Part shown: positions 28,194 through 39,700 of the stretch, one piece after another | How positions within the stretch are numbered: position 1 is the stretch's first letter | Layout: every line of letters starts with the position of its first letter | Source: Auanema rhodensis | Lineage: Eukaryota; Animalia; Nematoda | Direction: 5' to 3' | Length of the DNA stretch: 64,000 nucleotides | Assembly (NCBI GenBank): GCA_964057225.1 | Contig: OZ059898.1 | Location: 9,362,001 to 9,426,000, forward strand | Position numbers and translations under genes: made by a program | The notes under the pieces: model-generated | Told to the model about the DNA's origin: nothing | The model's input: the letters and a program-made list of their open reading frames with translations, nothing else | Databases searched by the model: none

Positions 28194-30957
28194 ATGGCAT
28201 CCGTATCACCAAAAGTCCTAACAAATATATCTCAATTTTGTGGACAAACTCCATTAGTCCCGCTTACTAGACTATCCAAGCAATTGAACATTAATTGCAA
28301 AATAGGTAAAATCTTTTGAATTTTTAAAACTAAAAATGCATAAAACGTTTTAGCGATCAAATTGGAGTACTTAAATCCTGGAGGATCCTGGCATTGCCGA
28401 AACGCCGAATCTCTCGTTCAAGTAATTTCTTCCTCATTATACTATAAATATTTATATCCAATAGAAATATGAAAATATAAATAATGAAGGGACTCGCTTA
28501 CAATCTCATCATCATATTGTTTGTGGTTGTATTCCTGCTTTCGCCATTAGTCTTGGAGTAGTATGCGCTACCCGCAATTACAAGTCAGACATAAGTAGTA
28601 TATGTAGTTATTCCCTTCATTTTTAGATTGACTGTAGTTGTGCCTTGCTATATTTCAGAAGGGAGTTTTAATGTTCTCGAACAGATGGGTGTCCAGGTGG
28701 ATAACTTGTTTCATTGTAAAAAAAAATTGTTTCACAGGTTATCAAAGACGATAGTTTCATAGAACATGCCGTATCACTAAAAGTTGAGAACAAATATCTA
28801 ATTTCTCCGGTAATTAATTCGACATATCAAATTGTCATTGTTATTGTTTCAGCACACAGAAAAATCAATCAGAAATAGTGCGATTAGCGAATTTGATAAG
28901 GTATTCTAAGGTAGAGAGTGTTTTCGTAGTAACCAACTTTAGATTCCTGTCACCAAAGTGTTTATCGCTGATAATACTGGCGAATCTGTGTTAGGTGCAG
29001 CTGAATATGTGTGTGAAATGCAACGGAATATGAAGGCATGTACAAATTACTTAACCTAGATATTATCTACATTCAACAGGTGCATGGCGTTGTTTGCAAG
29101 TTTCATGAACATGATGTCGTCAGTTTAAACGAAAAAATCGCTTCTGATAATCAGATTGTTGAATTGGATAATGTAGATAAAAAGGTATTATTAATAATCA
29201 ATGTATATAACAACAGTTTAATTATAACAGGATGCTTATAAATTGGCCAGAATGCTTATTCATGAGGAAGGGATTATGTGTGGACCATCTACAGGAGCAG
29301 CGTTAGTAGCTGCTCTTCGGCATCTTAGTGATGTTTCTAAAGACGAATATCTTGTGGTCATTGCAGAAGATGGCATCCGTGATTACATGTACAGTAATGA
29401 ACGGATAAGATTTTACTTACTAATTCTTTTTAAAGAAATGAATTTCTTGACGACGATTGGCTCATCGCCAATAATATTGATGTTCCATATAAAAAATCCT
29501 GTTTTGCACCTAATGAGTAAGTTTTTTTTTCTTATATATAATACTGTTTTTGAAGGTCTTACGATCCATCAGTTTTAATATATGATCCAACTACCCTTTC
29601 AACTGAATGGAAGAAAGACTCTGTGCATCACACCTGGACAAATCTCTCCTACTCTATAAAATCTCCAAGGTACTGTCTCTGACCTGTTCAGCTTATATAG
29701 AATACCATAGATTCGAGAGGCCTGCAGGAGTTGTGAACTCGCTTTTAGAAATGGTGGGAAATACACCTCTTGTAAAACTTCAACGTCTCCCCAAGATGCA
29801 TGGTGTCAACTGTAACATCTGTAAATATATATATATATATAGAGAGAAAACTTATTATTTTAATTCAGTTGTAAAATGCGAGTTTTTAAATGCTGGTGGA
29901 TCAATCAAAGATAGAATTGCGCTGAGAATGATTGAACTGGCGGAACAAGAAGGCAAACTAAAGCCGGGTATGACGATAATTGAGCCGACGTCTGGAAATA
30001 CGGGAATAGGATTGTCCTTGGCAGCTGCAGTGAAAGGATACAAGTGAAACATTTAATGATAAACGATTTGGATGTCTTAATTATTTCAGATGTATTATTG
30101 TAATGCCGAAAAAAATGTCGAAAGAAAAGGCGGTTACAATGGAAGCCCTTGGCGCAACAATTGTCAGAACTCCAAATGAAGCTTCATTTGATTCCCCTCA
30201 TTCGCATATAGGAGTTGCATTAAGACTACAGGCTGAAATACCAGGGAGTATAATTTTAGATCAAGTAAGGTCTTGATTTAGGTTATGTTGGTTATACATA
30301 TTTCAGTATCGTAACGTTGGTAACCCATTAGCTCATTATGAACAAACAGCAACAGAAATTTTGGACAGTTTGGATGGAAAAATTGATTATTTGGTAAGTT
30401 CAATTCGAAATTTTAAAGTTTGTGAATGTATCAGGTTGCTGCTGCGGGAACAGGTGGATCTATAACGGGTCTCTCTAGAAAGATGAAAGAAATGGTACCG
30501 TCTTGTGTTATTGTTGGAGTCGATCCATATGGCTCAATCTTAGCTGATCCCAACAGCACTGTGTCACATTTCTATGAAGTAGAAGGCATTGGATACGATT
30601 TTATTCCTGGTGTTCTTGATAGAAACTGTGTGGATAAATGGATGATATCTTACGACAATGTAAGATAACAATAATGTATAGAACTATATTCCAATTTCAG
30701 TCTTCTTTCACAACCGCAAGGGAATTAATCAAATATGAAGGCATTTTGTGTGGCGGATCTTCGGGAGCAAATTTAAATGCTGCCTTAGAATTAGGAAAGA
30801 CTTTACCAGATGGCTCGAACATAGTTGTAGTGCTACCTGACGGAATAAGGAATTATTTGTAAGTATTTTTTATAAGCTGAAATATAGTTGATATTGTAGA
30901 ACAAAGTTCCTGGATAATAATTGGCTTCAAGACCGAAATTTACATACATGTGTATGA
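28194..30957 (+). CDS. cbs-1: Cystathionine beta-synthase, nematode type with two tandem fold-type II PLP modules (first degenerate)
   Basis: Module 1: GQTPLV...[14 protein letters not shown] (PLP lysine absent), [12 protein letters not shown]. Module 2: GNTPLV...[45 protein letters not shown]. Confidence 0.88.
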
Positions 30958-31118
30958 CAAATTATATCAGATTTTACAAATATATACTGTTTTGTTTTGA
31001 TAATAAATAGTTTTCATATCACTTCATTATTTATTTTTAGTAGAATAGCACTATTTTTATATCTCAAAGGTGTTCATTATTTTACTAACAGTGTTTTGTA
31101 CAGGCTCAGCCCGAGCTA

Positions 31119-31172
31119 AACTACAGTTCTGCTCAAAAGAAAAAGAACTACAGTTCTGCTCAAAAGAAAAAG
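31119..31172. repeat. 27-bp tandem duplication at the edge of the transposon island
   Basis: AACTACAGTTCTGCTCAAAAGAAAAAG twice. Confidence 0.9.
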
Positions 31173-31455
31173 ACATATTTTAATTTTAATTTTATTTTTT
31201 TTTATTTATTTTTTAAACAACTTTATTAATAGAAATATTTATGGGTTTTTTTTATTAAAAATATGTTTTAAAAAAAATTGTTTTACCTAAAATTTCATTT
31301 CGTTTTGTTTTCTATCATTCTCGTGTTCTCAAGTTCATGACGTTCTAATTATAATAAAGCATTATTCAAAAAATAAACAGCCCCAGTTTCCCCTTCCCGG
31401 CCGTAAGCCCGCCCCTTTTGCCAAACGGTGCATACTTTTTGCTAATCTGTATAAT

Positions 31456-31655
31456 TTAAAGGGAGACATACCTTTCAGAACGGGGGGTTTGGGTGGTTTA
31501 CACCCCAATATCGGTTTTTAGTGTTTTTTTGATTTTCTTTTGAAAAAAACTGCACTTGAGCCAAATAAACTTACGTCATTAGAAACTGAATAACAGCTCA
31601 GTCCATGTGGTTGCCGATATCTGAAATACTACCATGCTCTTCTTGGCGAAGCAAG
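31456..31655 (+). mobile_element. Possible left end of a TTAA-targeting (Kolobok-like) DNA transposon
   Basis: TTAA followed by AGGGAGACATACC resembles Kolobok-type termini; no partner end or ORF is visible in the window. Confidence 0.25.
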
Positions 31656-31910
31656 AGTAGAGAGCAATGCCAAATTTACTAATCACGCCCCCAAACAGCT
31701 GTCAAAAACATACTTTTCACGAGACAGCGCATGGACCCAAAAAAATGCAAGATTAAATTTTTTTAGTTTGTTTATTTGTTTAGATTGATTTACATTATAC
31801 TGTTATAATTACTATTCGAGTTACCTTGAACATTTCGTGGCTGTTCCATTATGGTTCATTTATCTTCTGATAGATAATCTATTTCGTAATAATGGCTGTG
31901 CATGACATAA
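31656..31910 (+). mobile_element. Maverick terminal fragment (Z), divergent TIR
   Basis: AGTAGAGAGCAATGCCAAATTTACTAATCACGCCCCCAAACAGCTGTCAAAAACATACTTTT is homologous to the termini at 32848, 35624 and 49209. Confidence 0.8.
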
Positions 31911-31912
31911 TA

Positions 31913-32847
31913 TTAGGTGTGTAAGTTGAAACGCGGCCACCGGTTAGAATTTGAAAAAACTGTGCTAAGTTTACAAAATTTAAAATTTTTTAGAAATGAA
32001 TTACAAAATTTGAATATATTTAAATATAATAAAACCTAAAAAAGTTTAAAAATTTAAATTTTTTTTGCTTTAAAAAACTTTTTTTTTGCGTCTTTTTTTT
32101 CTCGTTTTTCATTATGGATGTAACGCATATGCGCCACGTCCTTCTTTCTCATTTCGAAAGTGGTGTTTCTGCTCATGAAGCCTACCACAAAATGAGAGCT
32201 GTATATGGAGATTCTTCTCCAGTCTACAGCACATGTAAAAAGTGGTTCGCCCGCTTTAAATCCGGCGAGATCGATCTTGCAGATCGTCTGCGACCCGGTG
32301 CCGTTCAGAAGTTCAGTGATTCTGACCTTCAGAATGCTCTCTATCAGAATCCTGGAGCAACCCAACTCCAGATTGGGAAAAAACTGAAAGTCAGCAGAGT
32401 TGCTGTTTCACATCGGCTTAAAAAAATGGGGAAAATTCATAAATTTTCTCCATTTTCCCCGCATCTCCTGTCTAAGAGCAATCTCAGAACAAGAGTTGAT
32501 TCAGCTCAAAATCTTCTGAATTTGAGCCGAAGAAGGGTTTTTTTTAAAGGGTTAGTGACTGAAGATGAGAAGTGGATTCTCTACTCTAATCCAACAAGGC
32601 CAAAGTTTTGGGTTAGCCCAGCAGAGGAAGTTCCTATGACACCAAAGGCCAACACACAAACGGCAAAAAAAGCTCTTTTGTCCGTTTTCTGGAATGAAAA
32701 CGGAGTTCTCCACTATGAGCTTTTACCTTACGGTAGAACCATAGATGGAGAGTTCTATTCTGAGCAACTCAGACGGCTCAATGTTGCCATTGAAGCTCGA
32801 GAGGAGCTCAGAAGCAGGCGCGTGACGTTGTTACACGACAACGCGCG
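31913..32847 (+). mobile_element. Mariner (Tc1/mariner) transposon, left part, interrupted by Maverick A
   Basis: TA followed by TTAGGTGTGTAAGTTGAAAC, a mariner-like TIR; transposase ORF from 32114. Confidence 0.85.
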
Positions 32848-32911
32848 AGTAGAGAGCCATGCCGAATTTACTAACCACGCCCCCAAACAGTTGCTAAAAA
32901 CATACTTTTGA
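32114..32911 (+). pseudogene. Mariner transposase truncated after the second catalytic Asp; last ~21 codons read from the Maverick TIR
   Basis: HTH region (TCKKWFARFKSG), FSPHLL (WVPHEL-like), VTEDEKWILY, LLHDNAR, then an abrupt switch to AGTAGAGAGC at 32848. The third Asp is missing. Confidence 0.9.
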
Positions 32912-34360
32912 GGGTGTCAGCTGCTAAAAACATACTTTTGGGGGCGTCAGCTGTCAAAATCATATTTTCGGCGTCAGCTGTCAAAAACATACTTTTCCTC
33001 CCGAGGCAGGCTCTCGAGCCTGCGCATGGATCAAAATGCATGATTTTTTTTAAAATCTTTTTTTTAAAATTATTTTTTAATGTATTTTTAAATGAATTTT
33101 TATTATTTATATATTTGTTAATTGTATTTGTAAATATTTTTAAAATTATTTCTTTTTAAATGTATTTTTAATATTTATATATGTTTTAAATATTATTATT
33201 TAATTATTTCTTTTTAAATGTATTTTATATATTTTTAAAATTATCTCCTTCTAAATGTATTTTTAATATTTATACTTTTGAATAAACTTTTTAATATATA
33301 TTGTTTTTGTTTTAATTTATAAAATTTGAATTTTTTTAAAAGGTAATCAATATGTTCACCGTACCTCTTATGGGTTAATCAATGGAACTCATATCGAAGG
33401 TTAATTCGATAAGAAGTAATAAATATTTAAACTAAATTTAATGAAACACATATCGAAGGTTAATTCGATAAGATCGTTAAAACAGGTGCACTACACATGT
33501 ACCACATGGCAAAAGTTGTGTTCATAAAAATATGATAAATAGCTGTACACCACATCTACCCATAACGCTAAAGAATACTTACTATGCCAAGGGGTCATGA
33601 GTATATACAAATATTTTCAAACTTTTTAACATCAAAAATGTTACTTTAAAGTAATTGTTGTTGTAGCCCTAATAGTTTATAAATGTTCTGATAGCTAATG
33701 TATTTCATAACTATGTTCAAGAATAGAATAAATGTTTCGTAATATATTTATTGAACAATAAATTTTCATTTAAAATTAGAACATGTGTTAACATTTTGTA
33801 AGAGTTTCTTTTTTACAAAGTGTCTGAAAATGTTGTACTTGTAATCGGATGTGTACAAGTCTGTTTTTCGCAACAATCCTGCGTTTCCTCAGTGGGATCC
33901 AACATTTTGAATTAGTCTTTCCTAAACTATAAAAATAAGAATGTACCACAGCTGTTATAATAAGAATATGGATACAATATTAAACGATCCTATTGTAATC
34001 TTCCACAATTTTGGATGACAGTTGTTATTGTATAGGGACTTGTCACAAATGAGTTGAATTATTGTTAAATATTTGGATTTACGAAATCGAATGCTGTAAC
34101 AAGTAATTAATAAGCGGATAGTTTACAGGTTGTTAATCCGGCAACTGTTGGCGCAATCGGTGTGTTTTAGCGCATTTGGCAGCTGTTTGCGTAACAAATT
34201 GCTAATTAATGTATAAATACATATATTTGTTGTAATATATAACAAATAGAAAAGCCGCATACAGCAGTCAGCTGTTTTGTGAAAGAGGCGGAGTGGGTAG
34301 AACTTTACAACAAAGTTTGTATAAAAGGTGGCAAAATTTTTTAGACCGAAATTTGCATTT

Positions 34361-34480
34361 CAGCTCCGCCAACAACTCGACTCTACGATCCAGCTCTGTC
34401 AACAAGTCTACTCTCCGATCCAGCTCCGCCACCAAGTCTTCACGCCGATCCACCTCTGCCACCAAGTCGACGATCTGATC
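34361..34480. repeat. Four degenerate 30-bp tandem repeats downstream of a TATA box
   Basis: CAGCTCYGYCAMCAAGTC...CGATC-like units at 34361, 34391, 34421 and 34451. Confidence 0.85.
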
Positions 34481-34582
34481 CAACGTCAACAAACTGCTGC
34501 TAGGACTTTCCTCTACTCTACTTGGACCCTAGACGTAAAAGTTCGTTTTTGTTTAGGAAAAGCCTCCAATTGGGCTACAAAC

Positions 34583-35176
34583 ATGTAGCGTTCCGCTCTT
34601 GTTGATGTAGAGAATATTGTACCTTCGACACCGGAACCGGATGTTCCACGACCACCCACACCAGGACCCAACTTTGCTGCCACATTCTTTGGTAAGGTTT
34701 TATTTTTGTTATTAATTATTTTTTGTTTAGACACACCAAAAAAGCAGGTACAAATCTCAAAGGATAGCTCTCCACAGCAGCCTGTAGTTATGAGACCAAT
34801 ATGTCTCTGCAAAACTTGTAGGGATACATTGCAAGTCGTAGACGAGTACCACTGTTTCAGCCTCTGTGTCAAGTGTAGAGCGAGGAATGATGCCTTAGGG
34901 CTTTTAAAAGTTTTCCGTCATTATAAACCTGAAAATTCAACAATCAATGTAAGATTATAAAATTATTAATTCTAATTATTATTTTTTCTTTTACAGATGC
35001 GTTCCTATTCTAGCATGTCATCAAAACAATTGTTGAATAATATGGGTTACATTGCCATTTATACTGATGAGTCAACTGTCAAGTCTTTTGGTTATAAGCA
35101 GAATGTGTTCTACTTTAAATTAAGTCAACAGGCGCTCAACTTGAATATGCTTATCCGTTTTGATCCATCGTTTTGA
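34583..35176 (+). pseudogene. Maverick A 3-exon accessory gene (D-box/CDK-site/Cys-His protein) with a nonsense codon at position 2
   Basis: Exons 34583-34691, 34731-34948 and 34997-35176 splice in frame. It starts ATG TAG where copy C has ATG AAG, and intron positions match copy C. Confidence 0.75.
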
Positions 35177-35472
35177 CTACAACAAGCACAAACTGTTTAA
35201 TGGACAGTTGGTTGATTTTGTTATGTTATATTTAAATTTTCTTAGCCGTAACATTTTTTTTCCAGCTCTTGAAGTTTGAAATTATCTATCAACAGCCGAC
35301 TCTCTAACCAACTGGTAAGCATTGAAAATTTTAATATTAATCAGTTTATAATTATAGGTTATATCATTGTCTTGCCTTTTATGTTTTGCTGGTTTTTTAT
35401 TGTTACAATATGAACGATTGATCAAATAAATCATTTATTATTAATACAATTGTTTACAACAACAGTGAAAAA

Positions 35473-35623
35473 TTATACATTTAAATTTTCTGCATCTATC
35501 CATTCATTAAAGTTGTCGGGATAGCCACTCCATTTTACAAATACTTGGCGTTTACCATTTCGTGTACGCTCTTTCAAAACTTTCTCAATATAGTACTGGT
35601 TGCTTTTATTAGTAGCCAACACA
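35473..35623 (-). pseudogene. Maverick A integrase C-terminus (chromodomain), split by the insertion of B
   Basis: Encodes VLATNKSNQYYIEKVLKERTRNGKRQVFVKWSGYPDNFNEWIDAENLNV*, nearly identical to the integrases of B and C. Confidence 0.92.
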
Positions 35624-35850
35624 AGTAGAGAGCCGTGCAAAATTTACTAACCACGCCCCCAAACAGTTGCTAAAAACATACTTTTGAAGGCGCGCTAGTA
35701 GAGAGCCGTGCAAAATTTACTAACCACGCCCCCGAACAGCTGTCAAAAACATACTTTTGGGGGCGTCAGCTGCTAAAAACATACTTTTGGGGCGCGTCAG
35801 CTGTCAAAAACATATTTTTGAGCGTCAGCTGTTAAAATCATATTTTGGGA
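35624..35850 (+). repeat. Doubled terminus (AGTAGAGAGCC at 35624 and 35697) plus ~30-bp CAGCTG-containing TIR sub-repeats
   Basis: Direct reading; the unit CAGCTG(T/C)(C/T)AAAAACATACTTTT also occurs at 32888-32996 and 49249-49357. Confidence 0.9.
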
Positions 35851-35901
35851 TCATGGTTCATGGATTTTCCTTTTTTAAATTTAAAAATCATGATTTAAAG
35901 C

Positions 35902-35955
<54 letters not shown>

Positions 35956-36230
35956 TATTTTAAATTTGTTTATTCAAATGTATGTATATAGTTTTAATTA
36001 CTTTTAAATATATTAAGTAAAAATAAAAATTATAAATTTTAAATATTTAAATATTTAAATATGTAAATTTGTTTTTTAAATTTTATTTATTTATTAAATT
36101 TATTAATAATGTTTGTTTACTTATTTTGTTTATTTTTTATTGTATTGTGTTTGTATTGTTTTTATTTTAAAGAACAGTAAAATTTTTGCATGTATATCGT
36201 TTTGTTCACCGTACTTGTTACGGGTAATTC

Positions 36231-36380
36231 AATGGAACACATATCGAAGGTTAATTCGATAAGAACGATATGAAATACAAAATTTAATGGAACACATATC
36301 GAAGGTTAATTCGATAAGAACGATATAAAATACCAAAATTTAATGGAACACATATCGAAAGTTAATTCGATAAGAACGAC
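36231..36380. repeat. Subterminal array of palindromic TATCGAA-GGTTAA-TTCGATA units, three copies, period 55-56 bp
   Basis: AATGGAACACATATCGAAGGTTAATTCGATAAGAAC-type units at 36231, 36286 and 36342; two copies each at ~33381-33473 (A) and ~49745-49840 (C). Confidence 0.9.
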
Positions 36381-36775
36381 ATTAAATTATTAATTTTTGA
36401 AATTACAAATTGTTATTAATTATATTTATTCTAACAAGTAAAGGTTTCAAATTATAATAAAAGATTAGTTTTAAACTTTATGTTACTAATATAACAATAC
36501 AATAACTCTATAGAGCACACATTGAAGGTAAATACGACGGGATTAACAAACAGTTGCGCTGACCTCAATGAAACGCATAAAGTTAATTTAATAAGAACTA
36601 ATAACAAAAATTAATCCGACGGGGACAATAAAAACAGATGTATTCAATAAGCTTATTTATTTTAAAGTTTATCGCAACTGCTAGTTTTGACAGCTGTACC
36701 CAAATCCATGTTACATAACAAATTACAATGCCAACAGCAATGTGTAGACTGATATATTCATTATATCAAGGTACA

Positions 36776-39700
36776 ATGGCTGCTAATAGGTTGTGTCTTT
36801 TTGATTATTTGTTTGTAAACTTTTTCTTTTTTTTAGTTATAAACGTTTATGTGAAGAGCTAGGATTTGATTATGAAGAGATTAATCAGCTCAGGTAATTT
36901 AACAATATTTTGAATCTTTATATATATTTTGTTTTTTTAGTAAACGTATAAAGTTTACCGAGGCTGGTGGGATCGAGCTCTGTGAGCCCACGTCACCCAC
37001 TTTTAACAGTGGGCCCTCATCATCAAGGGTTATTGAAGTAATAACCTTGGATGACAGTGATGAGTAAGCGATATTAAAATTATAACATTTAGTTTTTTCT
37101 TTTTAAGCGAATGGGATCCTGCTACCCCATCAACCAGTGGAGGGCAAGTCGGATATGGAGCGGCATTCAACGATGTCTGTAAAATAGAGGTGCGATCTTT
37201 TATTTACATATCATTTCGTAATATATCTTTTGAAACATGAAATTTTCTCTTGCTCCAGTTGCATATTTTGAAAACATTTTGAAATTTATTTCTCTTTTTC
37301 AATTGCATTCATAAAATTCTCTCTCTCTCATCTTTACATTTCATCTCAATCTATATCTTTTATCAAACAAATTGCAAGTATTTTGAAACTTATATATTCA
37401 TTCTTTTGAACAGCATTCATTTTAAAATCTTTACATTTCATCTCACTATATATATTTCTTTCAACCATTTTTCATAAAATTCTCTCTCTCTCATCTTTAC
37501 ATTTCATCTCAATCTATATCTTTTATCAAACAAATTGCAAGTATTTTGAAACTTATATATTCATTCTTTTGAACAGCATTCATTTTAAAATCTTTACATT
37601 TCATCTCACTATATATATTTCTTTCAACCATTTTTGAATTCTTACAAATTATAAATATTTCAAACATTTTGAACTAGTAAAATAATAAAACACAATCTTG
37701 ATCTTTTCATTTATTTTTAAACATTAACAAATGTTTATAAAAGAAAAAACTTTATATTTAAAAATCAAATGCCATTTATTTTTAATAAAAGAATATAAAA
37801 ATAATTTAAAGAAAAGTAAATTTATTAAAAGTTATAAACAAACATTATTTATATTTAAACTAAATATCTAAACTAAATAACCATTATAAAAAGTGTGTAT
37901 TATAGTGGTCACACCGACGCATAAAACGAACTGGTCGGTTCACCAACGTGGTCGTTAGATCGCTCACGTTCCCACATTTGGAAGCCATTAATGAGCCAAT
38001 GCATGTTGTCATGCCGCGGCTATTTAATGAGTTTCTTGATCGGTGCCTTGCTGAAAGTGGTGTGCCAGATAAACAAAAAGCGCTATTTTGTTTATCAATA
38101 GAGCACCCATCCTTTGAAAAGGGATCCATATTTATGGATTTCCGTAGAAGGGAGCATTTGGATGGCGTTGCCATCATGAATGCCATCAGCAAGGTGCAGC
38201 AATCAAAGCGAGAGGCTGTAATTAGCCAGGCAATGAATATTGAAATGTATGTGTTTGATGAGAGACCAGTGCAGCCAAGCCTGATGCCTGGTGAAGGTAG
38301 AGTTGGTTTCTATTTTGATGCCGAACTCAAAATACCTGGCACAATTGAGAACACTGATACACATTGCCTGGCTAGAGCAGCAGTTGTGGGAATGTGGAAA
38401 GCCGATGAAGAGGCAGCAGAAGATGTTGTTGAGAAGCGGAGGATTCAAAATCTTCGTCGCAACTACATCTTGTTGCCAAATCAACCACATCATATCAATT
38501 TATTGAATAGGTGTGGTATTTCTGTACATTTACCAAATTATAATTTGAACCATTTAAATATTATTGCAAGTTGTAATACAGACTATAAGTTTGTAGTATA
38601 CGCTAGGCCACCTGGACAGCGTATGTACGCTATTCAGCGTATCTTTAATGAAACGGCTAGCAAAGTGGTAACACTAGGCTACCGAAATAATCATTATGAC
38701 TGTATTACAACTTGTAGTAGATCACAGATTTTTGATGGTATTATATGCCAACACTGTAAATTATCTTACAAAACAGTGTTGCATAGATGTAAAGCCAAGT
38801 GTAAGAAATGCCACACCTTAAAATGTAATTCGATGGAAAATGTGGTTGAGAGTAGCATAAGATGTGATAGTTGTAGAGTTTTGTTCAAAACTCGTCAATG
38901 CTTTGACAGGCATATTAGAAAAACATGTCGAATGTTTAAGGTAATTTAAAAAATATATATAAAATTTAACATGACTAAATTCAGACATGTGAAAACTGTG
39001 ATCATTATCACAGAGTACGTGCTGATAGACCGCACAATTGCAATGAGAAATTTTGCAAAAAGTGTGGGCAAACAAAGCCTGAAGATCATTCTTGTTGTTG
39101 GGTACCACCTAACGACAAGAAGAAGGATCAGTTAAAAAAGAGGCAAGAGAAATACAAGGTTTGTATTTTACATCTTTACAAGTGTAATGCTTACTTGTTT
39201 AAGATTATTTTCTATGACTTTGAAACGGTTGTGTTAAAAAGCGGTACAAATGTTCATGAATATGCAGATGAACAATGGCCCAATATGGTTGTGTATAATA
39301 AATTTTGTGAAAGTTGTATAGATGCCAACTCATGTGAAAAATGCACAACCAAGGAGGGCCATTTTGGGTATCAACAAGGTGATAGTGAATGGTCTGTAAC
39401 AGATCGTTTCCTTGATTGGTTACTCAACTCTGTTGAGAATGATAATGCAATTTTGATTGCGCATAATGGTTCACGCTTTGACATACATTTCTTGGTGTCT
39501 AGGCTGATAAACCGTGGTATATATCCTGATCCAATTTTAAATGGGACCAAGATTATAAGCATGGTTGTCAAGCCTTTAAGAGGTCAAAAATTTAATCATT
39601 TATATTTTAAAGATAGTTATTTATTAGTGCCTTTACCCCTATCAGCGTTGCCCAAGGCATTTGGTGTACCTGATATGAGTAAAGGACAGTTTCCTTACCT

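Larger units (their letters stand above)
32848..35623. mobile_element. Maverick A, integrase-side arm (TIR, accessory gene, integrase 3' end); resumes at 49132-49208
   Basis: AGTAGAGAGCC terminus, subterminal repeats, and an integrase chromodomain on the minus strand (35473-35623) that continues exactly after Maverick B. Confidence 0.9.

Noticed and set aside
32848-32911. Mariner-Maverick fusion protein as a new gene
   Set aside because: Chance read-through into the TIR; the third catalytic Asp and C-terminus are lost.
35906-35949. Long poly-T as a retroposed poly(A) tail
   Set aside because: It matches the short T-run after GCATGATTTT in the other TIRs, so it is a homopolymer expansion or a sequencing artefact.
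36231-36380. CRISPR-like look of palindromic repeats with spacers
   Set aside because: Only 2-3 units, spacers are short, AT-rich and similar to each other, no cas genes, and the context is a eukaryotic transposon arm.
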